Shown here one piece after another: positions 47,253 through 57,924 of a DNA stretch of 64,000 bases. The stretch lies in IMG/VR virus record IMGVR_UViG_3300032050_000023, one strand, 5' to 3'. This stretch comes from an uncultured virus (IMG/VR IMGVR_UViG_3300032050_000023) (Duplodnaviria; Heunggongvirae; Uroviricota; Caudoviricetes). The notes under the pieces were generated by a model that was given only the letters and a program-made list of their open reading frames with translations, was not told the DNA's origin and ran no database searches. Both the position numbers and the translations under genes were made by a program. Positions within the stretch are counted from its first letter, which is position 1; every line of letters begins with the position of its first letter.

Positions 47253-50054
47253 TTCTTCTTCTCCTAAGAATTTTAACATAAATGGGTCTGCCAATCTATA
47301 CATATGGAATGGTGATTCACCAACCTTATCCCAAAAAACCATTTCTTCATCTGATATTTGCATCACATCTTCCAGTTTGTCTTGGTCTCCCTCCTCAAAA
47401 GGTTGTCCATTAATTAACTCACATTGTTCAGTTGTGAAGAAAGGTCTGTCTTCTGGATTTTTAATCAATAAAGATTTTCTAACCTCTTGTTTAAAAACAA
47501 CAAGTAACGGTTCTACTCTTTTGTTAAAAGTCGCAATTGCTCTTTGAATGTTATATTCTCCTAACATATCAGGATTGTTTTCTAAATCTGTTGGGTCTAA
47601 TCTATAACAATTTAATTGGATTATTGAATCCATGTTATCTTCAGGGTATGTACCATATCCGTCAAAATAACTATCTAAATGTTCTTGTGTCCATCCTTTT
47701 TTAGGTTTGTTAACTTTTTGAACGTCTCCATGTGATGCCTTAGTTCCATTGTTAACGTAATAGATAATATCACCAAGATTCACATTTAAGTTTTCTCTGA
47801 TTGCAAGTTCCATGTGTGCTTGTCTTGACATTAAAGCCCCCGCCTTTGTCTTGGTTTTACTTCTTGCAATATAATCGTCAATAGATTGTTTGACTTTTGA
47901 CTTGTTTGCAATTTGAGCCAAAGGAATTTTTTGATCGAATATTCTTTGTAGGTATTCATAATAGTATTCTACAAATCCTTTACCATCACCATCAAGTAAC
48001 ATTTTAATCGCTTTATCTAAAAATACCTCAATATACTTTGGCATCTTTTTAGATTTGATTGAGTTACCTGTAAGTTTGATTTTACCTTTACCTGTGATAA
48101 GGGCGTAGTTCTTTCTTGCTAAGTTAATACAGGCGGGCCACTGTCCATCAGTATCAAGTGCCATTTCACCTCTCATTGCTAAGTCATTAAACTCCATCAC
48201 ATCAGCTTCTTCACCTACATATTCTTTACCCTCCTTAACTTTCCAATTAAGTCCCTTACCAATGTATCTTCTACTTTCTACACCATCGGGAACAGAGAAG
48301 TTAATACCATCCGTGTCCATCACAAGTGGAGTATATCCTCTATCCATAAAGAAATGAATCATCATTCTTAGATACTGTCTTCCTGTACAAGTAATCATCT
48401 CACCTTTATCCATGTCACCCCAATGAAATACTTGTGGTGCAGATAATGAACCAAAGAATGCATTGATAAAGATTTTGATTGGTAACTGTTTTCTGTCAAA
48501 AGAAAGTGACTTCTTCTTGTCAATACTCGCATATTCCTCAGCCAAATTCTTATACATAATACGGGTTGTTCTAAAATGTGATAACAAACCTTTCATCGCA
48601 CCTGTTATATCGCATTCGGGAAATACATCATGAACCAACTGAATAGATGGGTATAGTGAAGAGTAGTCAAGTTTTAATACGTTCCTTGAATATCCTGTTC
48701 TGATTAACCTTGACAAACCACCAACAAAGTTTCTCTTCTCGTTTTTAGCAGGGATTGCAAGTCCATGTTTGTAAGACCATGCTAACATCAACATTTTCCA
48801 TAATGTCGCAGTTCCCATTGTTGAAACTCTTTCATATGTTGTTGGTACAAGTGAGGCGAGAAGAAAAGTTCCTTGATTGAACTCCTCATCAACAAGTAGG
48901 GTTTCCTCCAAGTCATCGTCAAGATATCTCTCTACAATATCGTCACCTGTTGTTTTGATATATATGTCATTTCTTCTTTCACAAACCTCATCAATCTTGG
49001 TATCAATACCAACTTTTTTATAACCACCATTTTGAATGTTTAACCAATATTCGTTTTTATTAGAATACATGGGGGCAATCTTGGTATGGTCAATATAGAT
49101 ACGGTCTTTTGCTTCCGCATCAATAAACTTTGTAATGTACTTAAGTCCCGCTTCTTTGATATTAGAATTGATTGCTTGTGCTCTACGAACTGAGTGTAGA
49201 ATATCAATTACGTTATAACCCCACATCTGAACTTGATTATATTTCTCAACTTCATTTGCTAATTTTAACATTGACTCCTTTTGGGATATTGGTTTGTTTG
49301 AATTAAGAGATGTATTAAGTTTTTTGATATCCAAGTTTAGAGCTTTACATCTCTCAAAAATCCAATACCAGTCAAAGTTCGCTGAGTTGTAACCTGATAT
49401 GATTGATGGTTTAATTTCTTCTATTGTCCTGAAAAACTCAACAAGTCCTCTTCTTTCTTCATCTTCGTCTTTACACTCAATTACTTTAAGAAAACCTTTG
49501 TTAGTTTTCATACCTATCATAAATATCCTACCGTCTTTTGGTTCTAAAGCGGTAGTTTCCAAGTCGAATACAAACCTCGTGATATCGTTGTATTCCTCGA
49601 ATCCTTTGAATAACCTTTTTTCTTTTGAGATGAGGTATTGTTCTACAGGCGGTAGAACCATTATTTTATCTTTTGTTTTTTCACCCCAAGGGTCTATTCC
49701 TCCGTCTCTAAAAAACTGAATGAGTGTTCTATATCCTTTAAGGGATTTAACCATAAAAGTTAAACCCCTTTCTAATCTTTCATTACCATCGGTACGTAAC
49801 TTCTCAATTACAATACCATATTTAGACATTGCCTCTTTTTGTAATCCTTTAGAATTACTATAAAAGTTTAAACCACGTAAATCACCAACCCATGCAAATG
49901 CAATAAGGTTATCTTTGACAATAGATTTACCTTTGTCAGGGACTTCTTTGATTTTAAAAATTTTGTCGGATGCGTAATCGTACTCTATTGATACGATGTA
50001 CTCTTCTGGGTCATTCCCTTCAAGGAACTTTTGAATCTCTTCTTGTGAAATCAT
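47223..50054 (-). CDS. polB: Family B DNA polymerase
   Basis: ExoI FDLET, ExoII GYNSANFDW; polymerase motifs DYSSLYPS, KIFINAFFG, MDTDG, KNYA. Confidence 0.93.
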   Translation of the reverse strand: MISQEEIQKFLEGNDPEEYIVSIEYDYASDKIFKIKEVPDKGKSIVKDNLIAFAWVGDLRGLNFYSNSKGLQKEAMSKYGIVIEKLRTDGNERLERGLTFMVKSLKGYRTLIQFFRDGGIDPWGEKTKDKIMVLPPVEQYLISKEKRLFKGFEEYNDITRFVFDLETTALEPKDGRIFMIGMKTNKGFLKVIECKDEDEERRGLVEFFRTIEEIKPSIISGYNSANFDWYWIFERCKALNLDIKKLNTSLNSNKPISQKESMLKLANEVEKYNQVQMWGYNVIDILHSVRRAQAINSNIKEAGLKYITKFIDAEAKDRIYIDHTKIAPMYSNKNEYWLNIQNGGYKKVGIDTKIDEVCERRNDIYIKTTGDDIVERYLDDDLEETLLVDEEFNQGTFLLASLVPTTYERVSTMGTATLWKMLMLAWSYKHGLAIPAKNEKRNFVGGLSRLIRTGYSRNVLKLDYSSLYPSIQLVHDVFPECDITGAMKGLLSHFRTTRIMYKNLAEEYASIDKKKSLSFDRKQLPIKIFINAFFGSLSAPQVFHWGDMDKGEMITCTGRQYLRMMIHFFMDRGYTPLVMDTDGINFSVPDGVESRRYIGKGLNWKVKEGKEYVGEEADVMEFNDLAMRGEMALDTDGQWPACINLARKNYALITGKGKIKLTGNSIKSKKMPKYIEVFLDKAIKMLLDGDGKGFVEYYYEYLQRIFDQKIPLAQIANKSKVKQSIDDYIARSKTKTKAGALMSRQAHMELAIRENLNVNLGDIIYYVNNGTKASHGDVQKVNKPKKGWTQEHLDSYFDGYGTYPEDNMDSIIQLNCYRLDPTDLENNPDMLGEYNIQRAIATFNKRVEPLLVVFKQEVRKSLLIKNPEDRPFFTTEQCELINGQPFEEGDQDKLEDVMQISDEEMVFWDKVGESPFHMYRLADPFMLKFLGEEELRHFETVGG

Positions 50055-50077
50055 ATATTTTATTTTGGTGTATTTGC

Positions 50078-50095
50078 TGTCGAGTTAGGTCGACA
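50078..50095 (-). promoter_or_regulatory. Stem-loop in the polymerase mRNA leader (candidate translational operator)
   Basis: UGUCGA-CCUAAC-UCGACA, 23 nt upstream of the AUG and downstream of the promoter. Confidence 0.45.
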
Positions 50096-50110
50096 TTTAC
50101 CTTCAAATAA

Positions 50111-50139
50111 AATATAGGAGTAAAAATTACTCTTATCAA
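50111..50139 (-). promoter_or_regulatory. Sigma70-like promoter for DNA polymerase
   Basis: Minus strand TTGATA-N17-TATATT. Confidence 0.6.
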
Positions 50140-50777
50140 CTGAGATTTTGAAAATGTTTAGCTATTCTTTTACTGAGTCTTACTCTTGGGTCATCTTCAG
50201 TCCTCCCAACCACATTATATGGTACTATAAATCCAAAACTTAAGAATACCCTTCTTGAATTGAACTCGTTTGTCCAATGTTTATAGAGTGAAGCTTCAAA
50301 ACCATATAAATCGGTTTCTTCAATGTGGATAGATTCTTTGTCAACAAAAAAATTATAATTGTCAGATAAAACACTTATATTACATTTATAGTTTATGTAA
50401 CCGTCAAGTGATGCGTCATAATGTGGATTTATTTTTCCACCTTTACTCATATCAACCGCTTGTAAAAAAATGTTATCTTTTGGAAAATTAAATTCTTCAG
50501 AAATTTTATTTATTAAATTATATATAAAATTAGGTAGATGTTCTTTTGAAACATCGGATATTGATTGAAATTTTGTAATATAATTTGTTAAAGGTGTATT
50601 GGAAATGTCAAACATAAAAGATTTACCATTAAGCGTTTTGGATAATTCTGTTAGGTGGTGATTACTATTGTTACCACTATGATTAACAGAATCAATCCAT
50701 TTTACTATTTGGTCTACTTCATCTTTTGAGATGAATTTTTTTTTTATCTTACAGGTTTCCAATTCCGTATTTTCCAA
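50136..50777 (-). CDS. 2OG-Fe(II) oxygenase-like protein
   Basis: INPHYDA (HxD), distal YKHW His, RVFLSF (RxS-like). Confidence 0.7.
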   Translation of the reverse strand: MENTELETCKIKKKFISKDEVDQIVKWIDSVNHSGNNSNHHLTELSKTLNGKSFMFDISNTPLTNYITKFQSISDVSKEHLPNFIYNLINKISEEFNFPKDNIFLQAVDMSKGGKINPHYDASLDGYINYKCNISVLSDNYNFFVDKESIHIEETDLYGFEASLYKHWTNEFNSRRVFLSFGFIVPYNVVGRTEDDPRVRLSKRIAKHFQNLS

Positions 50778-51015
50778 TTTTTTTTAAATTATGTTTTTCC
50801 AAAAACTCTTTTGGGTTCATTACTTCAATAATTGTTAATTCAGCAGAATCCATAAGTTGTTTTGCCTTTTCTTCAGGAACTGCCATAACACACAATTTAT
50901 GAGTTGCTGGTAATTCTCCTGTTGGTGATAAATCTATTTTTAAGATATTATCATTTTTCATTTTTTCTCTTGCTTGAAGAACTTTGCTTTCTTCACATAA
51001 TATACAGATTCTCAT
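50749..51015 (-). CDS. Hypothetical protein (88 aa)
   Basis: ORF overlapping the oxygenase start. Confidence 0.6.
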   Translation of the reverse strand: MRICILCEESKVLQAREKMKNDNILKIDLSPTGELPATHKLCVMAVPEEKAKQLMDSAELTIIEVMNPKEFLEKHNLKKIGKYGIGNL

Positions 51016-51027
51016 GTTTTGAATTTC

Positions 51028-53472
51028 TTATACGTTTATATCAGTTATGTTGATGGTATCCGAACTATCATAATAGGACAACCTTTTACTTCCACCCTGT
51101 CTCTCAAAAATTTGACAAGTATATGACTCATAAACTGATGGGTTAGAACTTACACCCGTTACTGTAATAACAACATCATCATCAACATCCGTACCTCCTA
51201 TTTGTGTTCCAAGTATTGTTATGGTATCACCTGTTTGATATAATTTGCCTTGTGTATTACCACTAACACCAACTACAGATCCTCCTGAAACCTCAATATC
51301 AAAAGATGCATTTACACCAATACCGTTTGTTACACCAGTTAATGACGTGTATGTACTATTTATTGCGGTAGTTCCTGTTGCAGTAAATGAAAATCCTGTG
51401 ATGTTTCCATAATTGGTTGTAAAATCAACTGTAGTGATAAATGTGTCTATAATATTCCATTGAAAATTGTTACCTATTGTATTTTCATTAAAATCATTAC
51501 CTATTGTATTTTCATTAAAATTTTCACCTATTGTATTTCCAGCAAATTCATTACCTATTGTATTTCTACTAAAATCAGGTCCTATTGTATTAGTATTAAA
51601 CGCGGAACCCCAAATGTTATTACTAACATAACCTAAAAAGTCATTATTAAAAGTATATGAACCAATATTATTACCATAAGTACCTCCTGAAAACTGATTA
51701 CCACCAACAAAAGAATCAACATTGTTTTCTTCAAATGACAGAAGCATCATATTACCTTTAAATTCATTTGATATTTTGTTGTGATTGAAATTATCATAAA
51801 TTGTATTATTTTCAAATGTATTACCGATAACATTATTAGTGGTTTGTCCACTTATGTCGTTATTAAAAAACGAAACACCAACGTTATTTTTATAAAAATC
51901 TTGAGTTATTATATTGTTGTTGAAATTGGTACCTATTTTATTTTCATTAAATGCGCTAATACCAATGTTATTAATATCCCCTAGTGTGTTATTATTAAAA
52001 TTATCACCAACTGTATTACTCTCAAACGAACTATATATATTATTACTGAAGAAACTAGGTCCGATTATATTAACAATAAAATCTGAATATACTTTATTAA
52101 TAAAAAACGATTCTCCGATTATATTATTTGTAAAATTATTAGTGTCTAATAAATTTTCATAAAAACTACCAACAATTTGGTTATTCTCAAATCCTGAATC
52201 AATTATATTATTATAAAAGTCACTACCAATATTATTGTTTATAAAGCCATCTTGTGACATTGTTATAAAGTTAGACGAAAAGTTTACACCAATTCTATTA
52301 TTGTCAAAATCAAACCCATCATCATCCCCAATCATATTATCTTGAAATCTCTCCCCAATCAAATTACCATCCATATCACAGTCGATAATATTTCTTTGGA
52401 AGTCCGTCCCGACTGTATTATCGTCAAAATCATTTGTAATAATATTATACTTAAAATTTGAACCACAAATATTTGAATCCATGTCTTCGTTAAATGTATT
52501 ACCTTCAACACCTCCACCAAAATAGTTATTTCTATAAGTTCCTGATAAAAATACATTGTTGGATAGTAAAAATGTGTTGTAATTATTAAAATTACCCAAA
52601 TAAGTATTTAAATTTAAATTATTATTAAAAGTATAATATTCTGAAAACCCTGTATATCCAGAACTTATAACGTTACATTGGAATGGACTCATATGTTGAG
52701 GTAAAGATATACCTCTTGAATAATATGTGTCGGATATGGTAGGTATTGTAGTTCCTGTGACATACATTTCGGTATCACTTGTTATACTTGTAATTTCAAA
52801 ATACCCAAAAGAACCAATCGGAAATTGACCAAAATTATTGTAAACTCCTAAAATGTCTCCAACAACAAAGTCACTGTTAAAAAAAGTTGTAAACCCTGTA
52901 ACAAGTCCTGTTGGGTCAATAGTAATACTACCATCTAGTAATTGTTCAGAAAAAAAACCTTCGTATCTTATAAATTGAACTGCTCTGAAATCATAATCGG
53001 CTCTGTTATTTTTTTCATCAATTCTTTCTGTAATCCTACCCTTCGCAGGACTTGATGTGACCTCAGTTGTATTCCAATTTATATCATAAGTAATTTTATC
53101 TTGTGGGTATAATGTTGAATATACAGTTGGTGAAAATCCTGTTGTTGAAGTTGCTAATAATAACAATGGTTCAGTATTACCCGTTTTATAGTTACCTGTC
53201 ACAATTGGGTCACCAACATTATTGAAATTAGGTTGGTCGTAACAAGTTTGAAAATCGGTCATTAAATAATAACCGCCAGGTGTTAAAGTTCCTCCAGTAT
53301 ATAAAGAATATAACTCATCGTAAGTTACTTCTTCATAAGTTCCTCCACCTGTTGATAAACCTGAATAAGGAATATGAAAAGTGAAACCACTTTGTTCGAT
53401 TGGAAATAACGAATTACTTGTTATTCCTGTTGATAGTGCTAATTCTCCTATTGTTTTTCCTGAAAGTATCAT
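51028..53472 (-). CDS. Tail fibre/spike-like protein with Asn-rich beta-helix repeats (814 aa)
   Basis: Many 11-aa NxIGxxFxxN repeats; N-terminal GKTIGEL..PIEQSG motif. Confidence 0.7.
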   Translation of the reverse strand: MILSGKTIGELALSTGITSNSLFPIEQSGFTFHIPYSGLSTGGGTYEEVTYDELYSLYTGGTLTPGGYYLMTDFQTCYDQPNFNNVGDPIVTGNYKTGNTEPLLLLATSTTGFSPTVYSTLYPQDKITYDINWNTTEVTSSPAKGRITERIDEKNNRADYDFRAVQFIRYEGFFSEQLLDGSITIDPTGLVTGFTTFFNSDFVVGDILGVYNNFGQFPIGSFGYFEITSITSDTEMYVTGTTIPTISDTYYSRGISLPQHMSPFQCNVISSGYTGFSEYYTFNNNLNLNTYLGNFNNYNTFLLSNNVFLSGTYRNNYFGGGVEGNTFNEDMDSNICGSNFKYNIITNDFDDNTVGTDFQRNIIDCDMDGNLIGERFQDNMIGDDDGFDFDNNRIGVNFSSNFITMSQDGFINNNIGSDFYNNIIDSGFENNQIVGSFYENLLDTNNFTNNIIGESFFINKVYSDFIVNIIGPSFFSNNIYSSFESNTVGDNFNNNTLGDINNIGISAFNENKIGTNFNNNIITQDFYKNNVGVSFFNNDISGQTTNNVIGNTFENNTIYDNFNHNKISNEFKGNMMLLSFEENNVDSFVGGNQFSGGTYGNNIGSYTFNNDFLGYVSNNIWGSAFNTNTIGPDFSRNTIGNEFAGNTIGENFNENTIGNDFNENTIGNNFQWNIIDTFITTVDFTTNYGNITGFSFTATGTTAINSTYTSLTGVTNGIGVNASFDIEVSGGSVVGVSGNTQGKLYQTGDTITILGTQIGGTDVDDDVVITVTGVSSNPSVYESYTCQIFERQGGSKRLSYYDSSDTINITDINV
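51470..51590. repeat. 33-bp coding tandem repeats (NTIGxxFxEN)
   Basis: Recurrent cctattgtatttt(c)cattaaaa units. Confidence 0.7.
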
Positions 53473-53535
53473 TTTTTTGTTTTTTTATATAAATATCATA
53501 TTTTGTTTATTAATTAAGTTAAGATGTTACATCGT

Positions 53536-54930
53536 TTAGGTTGGTGTTGGAGTTGGTGTTGGAGTGGGTTCTTGTTCAAATTGTAGTTCGTTAACTAAAA
53601 TATTTAATGGAAAATCAATGTCAATAGGTTGGATGAACACTTCTCCCGTTTTGGTTAACAAACTATAATTTAAAGCAGGATTAGTAGAAATTGTTTGACC
53701 TGATGTCTCATTTTTTGGTATTATTACTGTTGACCCTATTGTTATATCCCCACCACCAATTAAATCTAAATTAACACTTATTGGTAATGAGACGTTTTTA
53801 TTGATAGGGATATTTGAATTTACAGTAAAATAAGTAACAACTGAACCACTTGAGACATAAATACTTACGGTATATATAATTTCTGGATCTTTATATTCCA
53901 AATAAGAATTGTTTTCCACATCAATGTATTCATGATTTTCGGTTATAATTGGGTTAATTAATACTTCAAACGTTGGTGTAACTGTAGGTGTTGGTGTAAC
54001 TGTAGGTGTTGGTGTAACTGTAGGTGTTGGTGTAACTGTAGGTGTTGGTGTAACTGTAGGTGTTGGTGTAACTGTAGGTGTTGGTGTTGGGGTTATAGAG
54101 TAGATTTCATTTATAGTATATGTTAAATAATTTGGACTAAATAGTATGTTAGAAAAAACATCATTTCTTGTAAGATTATTGTAATCCACATCTAAAATAA
54201 CTTGTGTTGTCCCCGAAATATCTTGTAAATCTATAGTAACACCTGTTGTGATAGTAATTGGGTTACCACTATAAACATCAAGAGTATGTGTAAAATACAT
54301 CAACACTGGTTCATTAACATTTTGGTTTGCGGTTAAATTGTAATCAATAATTGTTGAACCTGTCGTAATTACCACATTTAAAACTACTTCCAATGGTATT
54401 GTTGTTGTCGTTGTTACTACAGGACTTGTTGTTGTTGTCGTTGTAATAGGTGGGCACGGTTGACAAGTCGGACAAGGAGTTGTAGTGGTAGTTGTGGTTG
54501 TTTTAAAAGGTACATCAACACAACATGGGAATTCACTTACATAACATGAATCATAAGGTAAATCATCCGCAATATAAGACTCCTGAACATTTATAAAAAG
54601 TTTTTCTCTAATTGGTAAAATTAAAACCCCATCAGAATTTCGTAATAAAAATTGACCTTCGTATCTCCCGACTTTATTTGTGTCTTTATTTTGAAATTGG
54701 TAATATACATAATATTCGGGGTCTGCGTTTGGTTCTAATAATTTTTTAGACACAAATCCCGCTGGTCTAGTAACTATTTTAGGAATACCTGTTTCTATGT
54801 CAACCATAGAAAAGAATATTGCAGATTCTTCTATTAAAGACATCATTCTATTGAAGTCACTTCTTCCATCTTTAACAACTTGTATTTTTAGTAGAGGTAA
54901 AGTAGCGTTTTTCTTAATAAAGAATTCCAT
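53536..54930 (-). CDS. Virion protein with BppU-like N-terminal domain and Thr/Pro-rich mucin-like linkers (464 aa)
   Basis: FFIKKNATLPLLKIQV...YYQFQNKDTNKVGRYEGQF; poly-Thr tracts and (TPTPTV)n. Confidence 0.65.
   Translation of the reverse strand: MEFFIKKNATLPLLKIQVVKDGRSDFNRMMSLIEESAIFFSMVDIETGIPKIVTRPAGFVSKKLLEPNADPEYYVYYQFQNKDTNKVGRYEGQFLLRNSDGVLILPIREKLFINVQESYIADDLPYDSCYVSEFPCCVDVPFKTTTTTTTTPCPTCQPCPPITTTTTTSPVVTTTTTIPLEVVLNVVITTGSTIIDYNLTANQNVNEPVLMYFTHTLDVYSGNPITITTGVTIDLQDISGTTQVILDVDYNNLTRNDVFSNILFSPNYLTYTINEIYSITPTPTPTVTPTPTVTPTPTVTPTPTVTPTPTVTPTPTVTPTFEVLINPIITENHEYIDVENNSYLEYKDPEIIYTVSIYVSSGSVVTYFTVNSNIPINKNVSLPISVNLDLIGGGDITIGSTVIIPKNETSGQTISTNPALNYSLLTKTGEVFIQPIDIDFPLNILVNELQFEQEPTPTPTPTPT
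53972..54079. repeat. Perfect 18-bp tandem repeat, 6 copies (GTTGGTGTAACTGTAGGT; encodes TPTPTV)
   Basis: Identical units read directly. Confidence 0.9.
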
Positions 54931-54958
54931 TAAATGTTTTTAATAATAAATATATCAA

Positions 54959-56641
54959 TCAACATTCTTTTCTAAGATGGGCTTCGTAAAATTCAAATCT
55001 ATTATGTTCGGTTGGTGTTAATAATAAAACAGCTGGGTTAATTTTACCTTTAATAGTTTCTTGATAACAATGACTCATAAGTGTCTGTTCATATGGGTGT
55101 TGAAATTTAGTTTCTAAATAACATTTGTAGTTACCCTCTTTAGACATTATAATTGGCCAATTAGAAAGATATATTTCACCACTAGCATATGGTACATTTT
55201 TATGGGACTTTATATATTTAAACTCTAAGTTTGGGGAATCTTTATCCAATCCTTGTTTAGGTAAGTTTTTATTTTCAGGCCAGTGAGATTCTCTAAATGA
55301 TTGAGGGACATTATACCAAGACCATTGTTTGTCATGACTACCAAAAAATTCCGTAAAATTTAATTTTAAAAAATCAAAACCTTCTTTAGTCATAATTTCA
55401 ATTGACGAGTTAAACAAATTTTTAATCTTTCTGTTGAACCCATTTTTACATACATTGTCTATACCATTGTAAAAAAACATATCATCCTCAAAAAAGAAAT
55501 AGTGACTTAAATTTTCTTGGTCATTAAAATGTTCCGCAATAAATTGCCTTCCACCTGTAATTCCTATGTTATCTTTTTTGATATGAACAAATCCATACAT
55601 ATCACATAATTGTAGATATTTTTCTGTTGTTGATAGGTCAGTAGAATTATTTAATAAAAACTTATTTGTTTTATTTAAAAAATTAGTATCATATTCTAAC
55701 ATAGAGTCAATTAAAGTCTCAAATTGTTTCGGGGAATTGAAAGAGATTACATATAGTCCTATGTCTTTTACTTCCTTAATTATTTTTGTTTTTTCTATAT
55801 TAGATGTAATAGATTTAATTTTTACGGTTTCATTTTTTACGTCTTCAAAAAATCGGTATAAAAGTCCGTTTGATTCTATTTCACAATAATCTATTAAGTT
55901 AGGATACAAATAAGTCATAATTGTAAACAAACTTTCTTCAGTCCCCATCAAACCATTTTTTAATGTATCCATCATCAAACTATAATATTTAGAATTCATT
56001 TCCGAAATTGTGTCTTTATTCCCACCAAAAAAACCACCTCTACAAACAAACTTGGGGTTTTGTGTAGAAAGTTCACACATTTTTTCATAATTAAAACCAT
56101 GTATTTCCGTATTGGTCTCATACGGAAAACAAATAAATAAAAATTTTTCTGTTAAACTTTTTATTTTATTTAAAACATCGTCATGTGTAAAATAACCTGA
56201 ATGAACAGTATTTGTGATTCCGGCATCTATCCAAAATAATTTATCAGAATTAAATTTATCCAATATTTTTGCATCATGAAGAAGAAACATTTTTGACATT
56301 ACAAGTGGATTATACATATCAAGTTTGGATTGTGTTGACTCTTTTAACCACCCAACCTGATTATACCAATTTGGGTTAGTTCTTATTGTTTGTATTGTCT
56401 CGTAATAATCGTTTGACTTAAACCAATTTAAATCCCTTAAAATAAATTGGGTTTTATCTGAATCACGCCTTTCATTAACAAAATGTTTAAGATTTTCATC
56501 TCCGTATATTATAAGATTGCAATCAACCCTCAACAATTCTTCCAACTTGTTTAGATAATGTTCATAGCTTCTAGACCATCCTTCTTCTAGATTACCTCTA
56601 CCAATGTCCCATAAACCAGTGACTAATGTTATTTTATCCAT
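54959..56641 (-). CDS. HtrL/YibB (WlaTC)-like glycosyltransferase fused to a second GT-A-like domain
   Basis: ITLVTGLWDIGRG, SKMFLL, FWIDAG, GGFFGG, GTEESL; C-terminal NIGITGGRQ..FFEDDM. Confidence 0.7.
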   Translation of the reverse strand: MDKITLVTGLWDIGRGNLEEGWSRSYEHYLNKLEELLRVDCNLIIYGDENLKHFVNERRDSDKTQFILRDLNWFKSNDYYETIQTIRTNPNWYNQVGWLKESTQSKLDMYNPLVMSKMFLLHDAKILDKFNSDKLFWIDAGITNTVHSGYFTHDDVLNKIKSLTEKFLFICFPYETNTEIHGFNYEKMCELSTQNPKFVCRGGFFGGNKDTISEMNSKYYSLMMDTLKNGLMGTEESLFTIMTYLYPNLIDYCEIESNGLLYRFFEDVKNETVKIKSITSNIEKTKIIKEVKDIGLYVISFNSPKQFETLIDSMLEYDTNFLNKTNKFLLNNSTDLSTTEKYLQLCDMYGFVHIKKDNIGITGGRQFIAEHFNDQENLSHYFFFEDDMFFYNGIDNVCKNGFNRKIKNLFNSSIEIMTKEGFDFLKLNFTEFFGSHDKQWSWYNVPQSFRESHWPENKNLPKQGLDKDSPNLEFKYIKSHKNVPYASGEIYLSNWPIIMSKEGNYKCYLETKFQHPYEQTLMSHCYQETIKGKINPAVLLLTPTEHNRFEFYEAHLRKEC

Positions 56642-56643
56642 TT

Positions 56644-57225
56644 TTATTTTTTTAATTCCGCATAATCAGACCATCCCCCATAACCAACATTATGGGTTAT
56701 AATATAATTTTTATTTATCAAAAAGTTTTTTAACTCTATTCCGTTTATATGTAAATTTTCATAATAAATCTTATCAATAATAAATTTATTAAAATTTATT
56801 GATTTAATGATTTTATCATCAAAACCTTCTGTATCAATATAAAGTATGTCAATTTTGGTTAAATTGTATTTTTCTAATAAACGGTTAATACATAAACAAT
56901 CAAGTTCACGATAACAAACACCATTTTCTGTATAATGATTTCTAACTTTTATTGAATGGGTTTTGTTTAAACTAGCCAATTCAAACTTATTAATATGGTT
57001 AGTATCTTCTTCATGAAAATAAATTTTCTCCTTTGTTAGATTTTCATCATCGGTTATTATTATATTTTCCAAATTAATATTCCCAACATGAGAATAACAT
57101 TTTAATAAACTTTCATTATGTTCAATGAAAGGTTCTACAAGTATTAATTTATTGATATTTTCATTTTGTATTAAATCTGTGAAATCATCGAATCCTCTGT
57201 TCGACCCTATTTGAACTGCTATCAT
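56644..57225 (-). CDS. FkbM-family SAM methyltransferase
   Basis: VQIGSNRG, LVEP, IDILYIDTEGFD..II, IYYE. Confidence 0.8.
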   Translation of the reverse strand: MIAVQIGSNRGFDDFTDLIQNENINKLILVEPFIEHNESLLKCYSHVGNINLENIIITDDENLTKEKIYFHEEDTNHINKFELASLNKTHSIKVRNHYTENGVCYRELDCLCINRLLEKYNLTKIDILYIDTEGFDDKIIKSINFNKFIIDKIYYENLHINGIELKNFLINKNYIITHNVGYGGWSDYAELKK

Positions 57226-57228
57226 TTT

Positions 57229-57924
57229 TTAATTCTTAATTTTACAAACCCAACCCACTTCTAAAAATGATGTCTCTTTAAGTGGTGTTAAATTATATTT
57301 TATATTAGTACCATCTATGTCCGAATCCTGTATTTCCATCCAGTTCCAAAAATTGTTTTTCATTTTTTTTTCAAAATACTCTTCGTTTGGTGAATAATCA
57401 TGTGCCATTATTATATCACCTGTTTTTAATAATTTAGAAATTAATCTGAATTCATTTTTTTTACTACCTCCATCACATAGAACTAATGTTGTACCTTTTA
57501 ATTGAATGTACTCTTTTAATTCATTCATACATTGATTATCAAAAAAGTCGCTATAGTCAATCAAAAATAAGTTTTTTACTATAAGGGATATCCTTTTTTT
57601 TTCTAATCTTTTTTTTGTAAATTCCGGTATTGAGACATCATAAGATATAAGTTCAGAATCCTTTAAATTATTTAAATCCAATAAGTCCCTAATTATTTCA
57701 GTTAACCCACCGTGAAAAGTTCCTATTTCTAACACTCTACTTGGTTTATGTAATTTAATTAAATCATTAAATCTATCAACAATATTCGGATTTTGTTCAA
57801 TTGACAGACCATTGTAACTTACGTGATTCACAACACCATTACGAAAATTAATATCAAAATAATCGTTTTCAAAACAATTTTTTGTTGAGCATGAAAGTTT
57901 ATTTTTAATTTCAGTTAAATTCAT
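57229..57924 (-). CDS. Class I SAM-dependent methyltransferase (CmcI/Methyltransf_24-like)
   Basis: VLEIGTFHGG, LCDGG, LKTGDIIMAHDY. Confidence 0.75.
   Translation of the reverse strand: MNLTEIKNKLSCSTKNCFENDYFDINFRNGVVNHVSYNGLSIEQNPNIVDRFNDLIKLHKPSRVLEIGTFHGGLTEIIRDLLDLNNLKDSELISYDVSIPEFTKKRLEKKRISLIVKNLFLIDYSDFFDNQCMNELKEYIQLKGTTLVLCDGGSKKNEFRLISKLLKTGDIIMAHDYSPNEEYFEKKMKNNFWNWMEIQDSDIDGTNIKYNLTPLKETSFLEVGWVCKIKN

Noticed and set aside
13251..50054. Inteins or group I introns in nrdJ, the helicases, recA or polB
   Set aside because: Protein lengths are normal and motifs contiguous; no LAGLIDADG/HNH domains or intein splice motifs seen.
53972..54079. Possible CRISPR array
   Set aside because: Contiguous tandem units with no spacers, in frame within a coding sequence; no cas genes.
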